A DNA stretch of 64,000 nt. Source: an uncultured Planctomycetaceae bacterium. GTDB lineage: Bacteria > Planctomycetota > Planctomycetia > Planctomycetales > Planctomycetaceae. The translations under genes and the position numbers were made by a program. The number at the start of each line of letters is the position of its first letter. The first letter of the stretch is position 1. Location of the stretch: contig CAWFAK010000004.1 in the NCBI GenBank assembly GCA_963813715.1, positions 26,819 through 90,818 on the forward strand, written 5' to 3'. The notes beneath the pieces are model-generated. The model searched no databases. It saw only the letters and a program-made list of their open reading frames with translations, and had not been told where the DNA came from. Positions 1-9,124 of this stretch are shown here, one piece after another.

Positions 1-51
1 TGAGTGACAGAAAGGGAAGGACACTTCTACTGATCCTGACCGGCTTGGCGA

Positions 52-2481
52 TCATGCGATCCCGAGCCGTCGGAAGACCGGCCCTTTGGCCGCGTCCACG
101 ACGAATGCGAAGACAAACGTCGCGACAAATGTGCCGGCGACGACCGATATCGGTAGAGGCGTCATCACGATCCCGCAGATCGCCAACGTCGTCGCGATCA
201 AGATGTCGGCCACGGATGACCCGATGACCCAATAGCTCGGCCAAGAAGACCACAGGCGCCGGCGCTCGCGGATGGCATAGGTCGCCGCCTGATTGCCAAA
301 CACGATGACGATAAAGGCCAGAGTTCTCAGCGCATCCATTTCGAGCTTCAGCCCAAACTCGCCGATCGCCAAAACTGCGCTGCAAAAGCCCAGTTCGAAG
401 ATCCCCATAAAAACGCCCGCGATCGTCAGTTTGCCGATGCGCCAGGCGTTGGGCAGCGGGGACGGTCGCACGTTGTCGGTGGTCAAGGACATTCCCAGGA
501 AGTCCCCAGTGATCATGACGATGACCATCAGCATGGGCGTCAGGATGGCGTCGCCGGTCATGATCAGACCGACGGCCAGGAAGAGCACTTGGACGACTTT
601 CTTGTTCACGGAGTTCAGCGTGTAAGTCAGGATGCGCTGGAACGTCACTCTCCCTTCCCGGACTGCGGCAACGATGCCGTCGAGTCCAGGCTTGGTCAGC
701 ACGATCCCCGCCGCCGACTTGGCGACGTCTGTCGCAGTCGACACCGCGATTCCCATTTGCGCCTGGCGCAGTGCCGGCGCGTCGTTGGCGCCGTCGCCGC
801 ACATTCCGACGGCGTGACCCTCCTTTTGGAAGGCCTTGACCAGGCGATACTTGTCTTCCGGCAGAACGGCGGCGAACCCCGCGAAGTCTTGCGGACGCAC
901 ACTGTCGACGATCGGCCCAGGTGGACAGACGCCCCCCTCAAGTCCGACCGCGCGAGCTACGATTGCCGCCGTCGCCGGCGCGTCGCCGGTCACCATCACA
1001 GTGCGCACACCCAACGTCTTTAGCTCCGTGATCAGCGCTGCCGAGTCCGTCCGAGGTGGGTCACTGAGTGCAATGAGGCCAGCTAGCCGCAGCGCGGCCG
1101 GCGGACCGATGGCGACGGCCAGGACTCTGAAACCTTGCGATTCAAACTCGCTTGCCGCCGTGGAAGCCGCTGGCGACGGTTGCGTGAGACGGACGATGAC
1201 AGCGAAGGCCCCCTTCACGATGCGCAGATTGCCGCCGCTCGGATCCACGACCGTCGCCTCGGACATTTTCGTCGCCGGATCGAACGGTACGAACGCGATC
1301 CGTTTCGGCAAATCGGACGGACCGTTGTGCGTGGCGGCAGAGCGAATGGCAGCATCGACGGGATCCTGTCCACCATCCGAGCCTGCGAGGGCAGCGAACC
1401 CCAGGAGGTGAGCCTCGTCGAAGCCGGATAACGGGCGGACGGTGGTCACGGTCAGTTCATTGCGCGTCAACGTGCCCGTTTTATCCGCGCACAGAACGTC
1501 GATGGAGGCCGCCTCGTCGACGGCGGAGAGTCGCGTCGGCAGAACGCCCAGGCGTGCCAGGGACTGTGCGCCAACCGCTGCCGCCAGAGTAAAGGTGGCC
1601 GGCAGCGCGACCGGGATTGACGCAAGAACCGCCGTGAGCACGAGGGAAATGATTTCCCCAAGCGGCATGGCGTGAAGCCAGGCGTACGCCACCAGGATGA
1701 CGATGAGCGTGCCGTTGAATAAGGCCAGGTTGCGCACCACGCGCAGCACAGCCTTCTGCTGAGAACTTACGACACGCGCAGTGAGAACGAGCTCCGCAGT
1801 TCGACCAAACTTCGTGCGAGCCCCGGTCGCCGTCACCACTGCGACGGCCTCGCCGCGCCGCACCAGCGCCCCAGCATAAGTTTGGAACGCGGGGCCAGAC
1901 TCGATGGGAATGGATTCGCCGGTGAGCATCGATTGATCGAGCAGAACTGATCCTTCGACCAAGCGCACGTCGGCGGGAACCACGGCGCCCAACGACAGCT
2001 TCACGATGTCGCCAGGGACCAAATCGGCTGCGGGCAGATTCGTCCAGGCGGCGTTGCGCCGCGCCGTCGCGGTCAGCGCCAGCCGTGACCTCAGCGCGGC
2101 CAGGGTTGCCTGGGCGCGCCCCTCCTGAAAAAAACCGAGAGCCGCGTTGAAGACCAGGAGAGCCGCGATGATCGCCGCCTCGACATACTCGCCGAGCGCA
2201 ATTTGAAGCGCAATCGCAGCTTCGAGCATCCAAGGCACAGGTGCCCAGAATTTGTCGAGTGCCAGCCGAAATGGATTCAGAGTCGTGTCAGAGACCGCGT
2301 TTGGGCCGAACTGCTTCAGCCGGCGGGCGGCCTCTTCGTTTGTGAGACCTGTGTCGAGGTTGGCAGGCAGCGTCTCGCGTGTGTCGAGACCTGGCGCCGC
2401 ACGGGCGATATCATCTCTGTCCCCGCTCGAACGCGGGAGCTCCGTGCCCAATTTGTCTATTGCCGTTGGCACATCGACCAA
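52..2481 (-). CDS. P-type ATPase, plasma-membrane H+-ATPase-like (type IIIA)
   Basis: DKTGTLT phosphorylation motif, TGES, MVTGD and GDGANDAPAL. N-terminal GLTNEEAARRLKQFGPN, IPVALP and late TM pattern resemble PMA-type pumps. Exact start uncertain. Confidence 0.9.
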   Translation of the reverse strand: MVDVPTAIDKLGTELPRSSGDRDDIARAAPGLDTRETLPANLDTGLTNEEAARRLKQFGPNAVSDTTLNPFRLALDKFWAPVPWMLEAAIALQIALGEYVEAAIIAALLVFNAALGFFQEGRAQATLAALRSRLALTATARRNAAWTNLPAADLVPGDIVKLSLGAVVPADVRLVEGSVLLDQSMLTGESIPIESGPAFQTYAGALVRRGEAVAVVTATGARTKFGRTAELVLTARVVSSQQKAVLRVVRNLALFNGTLIVILVAYAWLHAMPLGEIISLVLTAVLASIPVALPATFTLAAAVGAQSLARLGVLPTRLSAVDEAASIDVLCADKTGTLTRNELTVTTVRPLSGFDEAHLLGFAALAGSDGGQDPVDAAIRSAATHNGPSDLPKRIAFVPFDPATKMSEATVVDPSGGNLRIVKGAFAVIVRLTQPSPAASTAASEFESQGFRVLAVAIGPPAALRLAGLIALSDPPRTDSAALITELKTLGVRTVMVTGDAPATAAIVARAVGLEGGVCPPGPIVDSVRPQDFAGFAAVLPEDKYRLVKAFQKEGHAVGMCGDGANDAPALRQAQMGIAVSTATDVAKSAAGIVLTKPGLDGIVAAVREGRVTFQRILTYTLNSVNKKVVQVLFLAVGLIMTGDAILTPMLMVIVMITGDFLGMSLTTDNVRPSPLPNAWRIGKLTIAGVFMGIFELGFCSAVLAIGEFGLKLEMDALRTLAFIVIVFGNQAATYAIRERRRLWSSWPSYWVIGSSVADILIATTLAICGIVMTPLPISVVAGTFVATFVFAFVVDAAKGPVFRRLGIA

Positions 2482-2559
2482 TCCCTCAACCCCGTAGCTG
2501 GACTTGCTTCGCCGGCTCGCTTTGTCTCGTAGGCCCGTCGCTGGAATGAGCTTGTCGAG

Positions 2560-3048
2560 TTAAGTCGGGACCACCAAATAGACCGTTTGCCCACCGTAGA
2601 TATAGGGCTGGTAATACACGCCGTCGCACACATCGTAGGTAATGCCATTCGCTAAGACCGTTTGGCAGCCGTCCGGCAGGGTGTCGTACAGGTAATACTG
2701 CGCACCGCCGAGCATGATGGAGCGGTACCCGGGACGAAAGTGCCGGGCATAGTCGCTGTGGTAGGGATTGCGAGCGGCGCCCCCTAACTCCCGGCCCCGC
2801 TGGACGGCCGGGCCTACAGGGTCACGACCTGCACGTTCGCCAAAGTGGATCGACCCGACGCGAGCAACCGCTTGTCCGCCCCCGACACGACCGCCGCCGA
2901 CATGAGCTCCGCCGCCTCCGCCTCGAGCGCCGCCGCCTCCACCACCTCCCCCGCGGCCACCTTGATACGCGCCGATCGGAGCCGTCGCCCACACCAACGC
3001 GGCCAGACCCAGAGTCAAAGTACCGGTCCAAAAAATGATTCGCCTCAT
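2560..3048 (-). CDS. Secreted Gly-rich hypothetical protein with a Tyr-rich C-terminal domain
   Basis: Signal-like MRRIIFWTGTLTLGLAALVWA, GGRGGG tract, C-terminal YDVCDGVYYQPY. Co-oriented downstream of DUF2092. Confidence 0.7.
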   Translation of the reverse strand: MRRIIFWTGTLTLGLAALVWATAPIGAYQGGRGGGGGGGGARGGGGGAHVGGGRVGGGQAVARVGSIHFGERAGRDPVGPAVQRGRELGGAARNPYHSDYARHFRPGYRSIMLGGAQYYLYDTLPDGCQTVLANGITYDVCDGVYYQPYIYGGQTVYLVVPT

Positions 3049-3230
3049 GATCGTTGCTCCTTTATCACTGCAAGAAGAATCCCAAGTCGAGCCGTCTGTG
3101 CAAGGAGTCCGGGGCTTGTCACGCCACAACAGGCTCCTCAGAACGCGACTCGATTTAATCCAGCGCGGAATGCTGCCGTTTCCCCCGAACGTGAACACAT
3201 TCACGATGTCGGAATCAGCTCATTACCCCT

Positions 3231-4019
3231 TTACCCGCTCGCCGCATCCTTCGCGGGTTTGGGCTCGGCATGCCGGTTCAGGAAATCGACCTTCCGCAAA
3301 CCCTCCGGCGGCTGGAACTGAAACATCTCATCGCTCAGCTTGGGGTTCACGTCCCAGCGGTGGATGAGAGCGGTGAATTGCGGCTGGTCGGCCTGCTGCT
3401 TGAACGTGATCACGAGCTTGCGCGGCAGCGGTTCGTCGCCCGCGTCGATCCAGATTTGCCAGTCCACAGCCTTCTGCCGGAACGCGAGGTGATGGCACTT
3501 CACCTTGCCCACGTAATGCAGGCCGACATACTCGCCGCTCTGCACGTTTTCCGTGAACTGCTTGTAGGGGTCGGCAAACAGAAAATCGGCCAGGGGCTGG
3601 TCCGTCTCGAAACGCTCGTGCAGATCGTCGAGCATCCCATCGATGGTGCCGGGCACCTTCTCGACAGCGTAGGTCTTTTGAGCGCGGTCGAAGACGGTGA
3701 CCGTCTTGCCGTCGTAATAGAATCGGGAGTTGGCCGTGTCCCCCTCGCTCTCGCCGAAGATCTTGTCGGGCCGACTCACGGACATGTGGCGCTGGTTGCT
3801 GAGCTGCAATTTCTGACCGTCGTCCTGCGTCTCGTCGAAGAATTCCTCGACCTGGAACGAATACGTGTGGAGGCCGGCCAGGTAGTTCGACATGGCCTTC
3901 AGATACTGTTCCGCCTTGGGCTCGATCTTGGGGGCCTCTTGTTGAGGATCGCCTGCGAAGGCGACTCCCCAAAAAATGGCCGCGACCGCCAATCCGACTG
4001 TCGCCATTCGCTTTTTCAT
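3231..4019 (-). CDS. DUF2092-family periplasmic protein
   Basis: Signal peptide; LKAMSNYL, VSRPDK, CHHLAFRQ..VDWQIWI..G..PLPRKLVIT signature. Confidence 0.85.
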   Translation of the reverse strand: MKKRMATVGLAVAAIFWGVAFAGDPQQEAPKIEPKAEQYLKAMSNYLAGLHTYSFQVEEFFDETQDDGQKLQLSNQRHMSVSRPDKIFGESEGDTANSRFYYDGKTVTVFDRAQKTYAVEKVPGTIDGMLDDLHERFETDQPLADFLFADPYKQFTENVQSGEYVGLHYVGKVKCHHLAFRQKAVDWQIWIDAGDEPLPRKLVITFKQQADQPQFTALIHRWDVNPKLSDEMFQFQPPEGLRKVDFLNRHAEPKPAKDAASG

Positions 4020-4246
4020 GATCAGATTCTCCGTCATTTGCCCGAAACACAGCCGCCGCACCATCGGGACACGCACCGACGCGCAGAACTGTCAGTTACT
4101 TGCCGCTGTCATTGACCCGCGATCGGCGCGCGGCCCGATTTTCTGGTGCGAGGGCCGGCGGGAATCGCGCCGAGGCAGACAAGAATCAAGCCCACAACGA
4201 GGGTCGTCGGACGCACTACTGGTCGTCGTTTGGAAAAAACGCGAAC

Positions 4247-5140
4247 CTAAAAACGATTTCCGCCCCGGAACTGCGACTGGGAAACCACTTTCGCGCGCCG
4301 GAAGATTCGGCGGGACGATGACTTTTCCGGACGGTCACACGCTTTCGCGCCCGCGTCTGGGACTCGTGGAGTCGATGCGAGAGGAAGGCGGACGACAAAC
4401 TCACTTCCGCGACCCAGTCCAGGGCTGTTCGCACTTACGCTGCCGCCGTGCATCTCCACCAACTTCCGCACCAGCGCCAGACCGATGCCCAGACCCCCCT
4501 CCGAATGATCTCGCGTGCGCTCCACCTGCCAGAAGGACTCGAAGACATGTGGGAGCATTTCCCGATCGATGCCAATCCCGGTATCGCGAACTCGTAGAAC
4601 GACATCGCTCGCTCGGGCCTCGGCCGTCAGCCAGATGCGGCCGCCTGGCTCCGTATACTTGGCCGCATTGTTCAGGAGATTCTTCAGCACCTGTTCCAGC
4701 CGGCCGGAATCAGCGTTGACGGATACGGGCCCCGGCGGGAGGGTGACTTCGAACTGGTGGCCGCGCTCGTCAAAGGACGAGCGCACGGTTTCGACCGCGC
4801 GGGCGACACACGCCGCCAGATCCACGGGCTCCTGACGCAAATGGATTTTGCCGTGCTCGATGCGGGAGACTTCCATCATGCCGTCGATCAGGCGGCCCAT
4901 GCATTGTGTTTGCCGCTCCATCAAGCCCCGGACGCTGTCCCGTGTGGCGGCGTCTTCCCCATCGAAGGCAAGCACCTGAAGCGCACTACAGATCGCGGCC
5001 AGAGGGGAGCGCAACTCATGCCCCAACTCGGCGAGGAACTCGTTCGTGTGCCGATCGGCGTCGCGGAGTCGACGGTCGGGAGGGGCGTTGCCGATCGTAC
5101 GCTGGAAGTCGCTCCCTGCCCGGATCAGTTGTTGAGCCAT
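4247..5140 (-). CDS. Histidine kinase (HisKA + HATPase_c), no evident sensor domain
   Basis: H-box LGHELRSPL, N-box NLLNNAAKY, DTGIGI and GGLGIGL boxes. Start taken at MAQQLIR. Confidence 0.85.
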   Translation of the reverse strand: MAQQLIRAGSDFQRTIGNAPPDRRLRDADRHTNEFLAELGHELRSPLAAICSALQVLAFDGEDAATRDSVRGLMERQTQCMGRLIDGMMEVSRIEHGKIHLRQEPVDLAACVARAVETVRSSFDERGHQFEVTLPPGPVSVNADSGRLEQVLKNLLNNAAKYTEPGGRIWLTAEARASDVVLRVRDTGIGIDREMLPHVFESFWQVERTRDHSEGGLGIGLALVRKLVEMHGGSVSANSPGLGRGSEFVVRLPLASTPRVPDAGAKACDRPEKSSSRRIFRRAKVVSQSQFRGGNRF

Positions 5141-5210
5141 AGTCGAAGTGGGCCTTTCCAGCGATTCGGCGGCCGTTCCGGTCGCGAATTGCCGTCCTGC
5201 ACCACGGAAT

Positions 5211-5260
5211 AAAAAAACCGACGTGGCTGAGCCCCCTGAGGGACTCGACCACGTCGGTTT
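5211..5260 (-). terminator. Intrinsic terminator upstream of the histidine kinase gene
   Basis: AAACCGACGTGG...CCACGTCGGTTT stem running into a 7-T tract on the minus strand. Confidence 0.8.
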
Positions 5261-5316
5261 ACTCGTCAACGGACTCCCCAGCCCGGCTGGGTCGCCCTTT
5301 TTCTAGTCATCCGACA
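5211..5316 (-). promoter_or_regulatory. Putative structured leader/attenuator RNA, copy 1
   Basis: Minus strand TGTCGGATGACTAGAAAAAGGGCGACCCAGCCGGGCTGGGGAGTCCGTTGACGAGTAAACCGAC overlaps a terminator; homologous to 19457-19563. Confidence 0.75.
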
Positions 5317-5520
5317 ATGCCGAGAGCGAATTGCAAACGCACGCTTACGCTCCGACATCGTCCATACTAACGCGGATCGCCCGAAAGCACAATGAGCCTG
5401 TGGTCCTTCGCTGGCGATTGGTATCATCATGCAGACAAGTTTGGCAAAAACGCCGAACGCGGCTGCTCTTTCTGAAACGGTGTGTTGATCCGTGATCGGC
5501 TCGCTCAAGTGGCTCGGATC

Positions 5521-5901
5521 ATGAAAACCCAGGGCGAAATCGAAGCCGAGATTTGCGAAGGGATCTCGCGCTTTGAACAGGACTTCATGGGTCGGGGTCC
5601 CAAGGACATCCGCACGCATCTGATCGGTGACCTGCTGATCGTCCGTCTTCAAGGCGTGTTGACCGCAGCCGAACAACAACTGGTCAAAGTGCTCCCGGCC
5701 GAGAAGGGGAGGGATCTGCTGAAGCAGGTGCGGACCCAACTGGTCGAAACGGCGCGGCCGCTGCTGGAAGCCATGGTGCAGGAGACGACGGGTGTCAAGG
5801 TGCTGGCACTGCACCACGACATCAGCACGGTGACGGGCGAAGAAGTCGTGCTCTTCACGCTCTCCGAGTCGCCGCTATTCCGGCAAGCCAAGAAGAAATA
5901 G
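5521..5901 (+). CDS. DUF2294 / MpsC-like family protein
   Basis: MKTQGEIEAEIC...FEQDFMGRGPKDI, GVLTAAEQQL, HHDISTVTGEEVVLFTL are typical of DUF2294. Confidence 0.88.
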   Translation: MKTQGEIEAEICEGISRFEQDFMGRGPKDIRTHLIGDLLIVRLQGVLTAAEQQLVKVLPAEKGRDLLKQVRTQLVETARPLLEAMVQETTGVKVLALHHDISTVTGEEVVLFTLSESPLFRQAKKK

Positions 5902-5962
5902 CCAGCGCTTTTCTCCCTCGCCCGTCCGCTTCGGATTGACTTCGGCGCGTTCGCTTCGGGCC

Positions 5963-6051
5963 CGACTTCGGCGAGCTCAGTCGAGCCGAGCCTCAGGGTC
6001 GAAGACAGTCGAGCGGGAGAGGGCCGACCTGCGACGAGCTCAGTCGGGTCG
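5963..6051. repeat. Short REP-like direct repeats
   Basis: CGAGCTCAGTCG at 5972 and 6035 within related flanks, directly after the DUF2294 stop. Confidence 0.45.
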
Positions 6052-6067
6052 GGTGAGAGCGAAATTT

Positions 6068-6875
6068 CTCCGGGCATTCTTCGGTGAAACAACGTGTCCC
6101 GTCCCGATCCCGTCCCAATGTCCCTCGACGACTCGCGACGGCGGCGGGTCAACTACTTTGGTGGGTCATGTTCCTGGTGAAACAAAGTGTCCCGACCCAC
6201 CGGCCAATGCCTTTCCACCTGCCGACCCCCGCGCGTCCCGCCTCGGAAGTCCTCGCTGGGCCAGAAACTCCGGGCTTTTCTCGGTAAAACAACTTGTCCC
6301 GTCCCGTGTCCCGCCCGCGCCGGCCTTTCGGGGACCTAGGACCCCGCGCCCACGCCCGACCTCCATCCGGCCCGCGCGGTGGGTCCAGTTTCGCATCCCC
6401 CCCTTATATTAAATGAGAGGGACCCGTCCCGCCGGGTCCAGTTTTTATGAGTCCCGCCGGGACAACCTGTCCCACCGGAAACTTTCTTTCCGCGTATCCC
6501 GTCCCATCGAGTCCCGCGCTTTCGTGTCCCGTCCCACGGTAGGACCGGGTCACCAATTCGGTGGGTCACGTCATGAGTAGAAAATTGTGACCCAACCCCC
6601 CCGTGAAAGTACTTAGCCCCCGATTGGCGAAAGTGTCCGGACCGGAGGTCGACCGGCAAACGAAAGGCACCGGCTTACTGCGTGCGCGGCTCCTAAAAGG
6701 CTGACGGGGATCTTTTTCTCCCATCCGTATAAAAAAAGGATCCCCACCCCGCCGGGGATCCTCTTTCGTTTCTCCGCGGGCGCCTCCACCGCGCACAAAA
6801 CCGCTCGCGCCGAGATCCGCTCTCTCCATTCAGCCATAAAAACGAGCTTCGTCCAAGATCAGTTTGCTGGAATTC
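6068..6875. repeat. Repeat-rich non-coding element, copy A (origin-like or mobile-element relic)
   Basis: GGT(G/A)AAACAANNTGTCCCG at 6083, 6176 and 6283; many GTCCC units; inverted repeats. Collinear homology to 22575-23975. Confidence 0.65.
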
Positions 6876-7277
6876 CTCGCCGAGCGCGACCTCGATCTTG
6901 GCCTTGAACCTGCGACAGCCTGTTCGGCTGACCCTGAATTTTGGACCGAGCCGAAGGCGATCACGAATGCCCGGTTTGCCCAAGATCGGTTCTCAGTCGA
7001 AGCGACCGGCGCCGGCAACAGGCGCGGGTGCCGGCCGCGTCGATCGATGTGACCGACGGGCGCCCCGGGAGACAACTCAAGTAGTCGATCAGGTCGCTAT
7101 TTCACTCGCTTTTTCCAAATCCTCGGTGCGTTTCTTGCATGATCTGGAACATCTTGAGCGCTTTCTCTCGTCGAATTACCTGCAGTATGATTGCCGTACC
7201 CGGTTTATTAAATGCGTCTATCGGCGTGCCGAATCTTGGTGCACGCCGCGATGCGGTCAGTTCACATGCGAGGTGGC

Positions 7278-8760
7278 ATGCGAGTCGCGACAAATCAAAC
7301 GTTGGTGCGCCATTCGGCGGCCGGCTGTTGCGCTGCCTGGGTTGCCTTCGCCGCGCTGTTCCTGACGGCGGCAATCGCTCACGCGGCCGACGCCGGGCGA
7401 CGGCCGAACGTTGTCTTGGTGATGACGGATAACCACGGCGCGTGGACCTTGGGCTGCTACGGCAATCGCGAGATCAAAACGCCAAACATCGATCGGCTGG
7501 CAGCCGAGGGAATGCTGTTCACGCGGGCGTACTGCACGCACTCCCTTTGTTCGCCGAGCCGGGCGACATTCTTGACAGGACTCATTCCGTCGCAGCACGG
7601 GCTGCACTACACCGTAACGGAAGCCAGCGACGCCGATCCCGCGGGATCAGACCAATCCTGTGCGATCCGAGAGTTCGAGACGCTGCCCAAATCTCTTGCG
7701 CGTGCGGGGTACGTCTGCGGATTGTCGGGCAAATGGCATCTGGGCGGTTTCACTCGGCCACAGGAGGGATTTCAGTACTGGTTCACGATGCCGGGCGGCC
7801 ATACCATGACTTACTACGGCGCCCAGGTTTTCTGGCAGGGAAAGATACAGAAGGAGCCAGGGTACCTCATCGATGCCATGACGGATCATGCCGTCGATTT
7901 CATCCGCCAGAACCGCGACAAGCCGTTCTTCCTGTTCTTGACGTACGACGCTCCCTACGGGGTCAGCAGCTGCTTCACGCGGCCTCACGAAAACCGCCAC
8001 ACCGCCTACTACGCGGACAAGCCCCTCACGTCCTTCCCGCGCGAAAAGGTCCATCCGTCGCAGAAGTACCGTTTGGAGCTGATTAACAATCCCGTGGCAA
8101 TTCGCGGCTACGCGGCCGCCGTCAGCGGCGTCGACGACGGTGTCGGAACGATCCTGAAGACGCTGGCGGATCTCGGTATCGACAAGGATACGATCGTGAT
8201 CTTCACGGCCGATCAAGGCTTTAACGGCGGACACGGCGGAATGTGGGGTCTCGGCGAACATACCGAGCCCCCGAACACGCGCGAGCCGGTCGTCCGCATC
8301 CCTCTGATCGTCCGCCATCCGAGCCGGATTGCGCCCCATGCCGTCTGCGATCGAATGATTGCGTCTTATGACCTGCTGCCGACTGTCCTCGCCTATTTAG
8401 GGTTGTCCGACCGCATTCCGTCGAGGCCTTCGCTGCCGGGACGAGATTTCTCTCCACTGCTGCTGGGGCGCACGATGGCGTGGGACGATGTGATCTTTCA
8501 CGAGTTCGACCGGACGCGAATGATCCGCACGCCCCGCTGGAAGCTGACGCGGCGCTATCCGCACGGTCCGGACGAACTCTACGACATGCAATCCGACCCC
8601 GAAGAACGCCGAGACCTGCACGCAGACGCGGCGAGCGCTCAGGACGCTCCGCGACTTGACCGCGCGGCTTGAACAGTTCTTCGATCGCTACGCCGATCCA
8701 AAATATGACCGGACCCGCAACGGCAAGTCAAAGTTCGAGCGGGATTTCAATTTCAGGTGA
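7278..8760 (+). CDS. Sulfatase (formylglycine-dependent), frameshift near 8640
   Basis: RPNVVLVMTD, CSPSRATFLTG, GKWHLG. C-terminus continues in another frame (LEQFFDRYADPKYD...FNFR*, stop 8758-8760). Confidence 0.88.
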
Positions 8761-8844
8761 CGGCTTCAATCAGATGACGAGTGCGCGAGCCGCCGAACGC
8801 CGGGCCGCAATTTCGAGTCGCACATTGGTGCCCGCAAATTCAAT

Positions 8845-9039
8845 TCAGAGGCGAACGCGGGGCCACAATCGACGGACGAAGAGACCTGCTCTCGCGCCTC
8901 GACGTTCAATCAACCGCGGGGGATCGAGCGGCACTTGAAGCACGAACGAATGGCCACAGGTGCACTTGATTGCTTTGCCGACCAGTTCCTCCGCAGCCTT
9001 TAAAGGCTGGGAGTATTGCGGACAGGACGTGGTGACCAT
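8845..9039 (-). CDS. Small degenerate zinc-ribbon-like ORF (possible remnant)
   Basis: CPQY...LVGKAIKCTCGHSF resembles planctomycete N-terminal zinc ribbons with one Cys lost. Confidence 0.35.
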   Translation of the reverse strand: MVTTSCPQYSQPLKAAEELVGKAIKCTCGHSFVLQVPLDPPRLIERRGARAGLFVRRLWPRVRL

Positions 9040-9090
9040 GGCTCGGCGCTCCGGCTGTCAGCAGGGGCGACATCGCGCGTCCCCAGCTGC

Positions 9091-9124
9091 CCGACGAAGG
9101 CAGTCCGTCACGAACCCGTCGACG
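9091..9124. repeat. 34-bp duplicated hairpin element, copy 1
   Basis: CCGACGAAGGCAGTCCGTCACGAACCCGTCGACG, one mismatch versus 13524-13557. Confidence 0.8.

Noticed and set aside
5211..5316. Assigning the leader to the c-di-GMP-I or c-di-AMP (ydaO) riboswitch classes
   Set aside because: Their characteristic conserved segments are not recognisable; only the terminator-overlap logic is shared.
6083..6301. Three spaced 19-bp repeats as a CRISPR array
   Set aside because: Periods of 93 and 107 bp are too long and uneven, the repeats are short and degenerate, and no cas genes are present.
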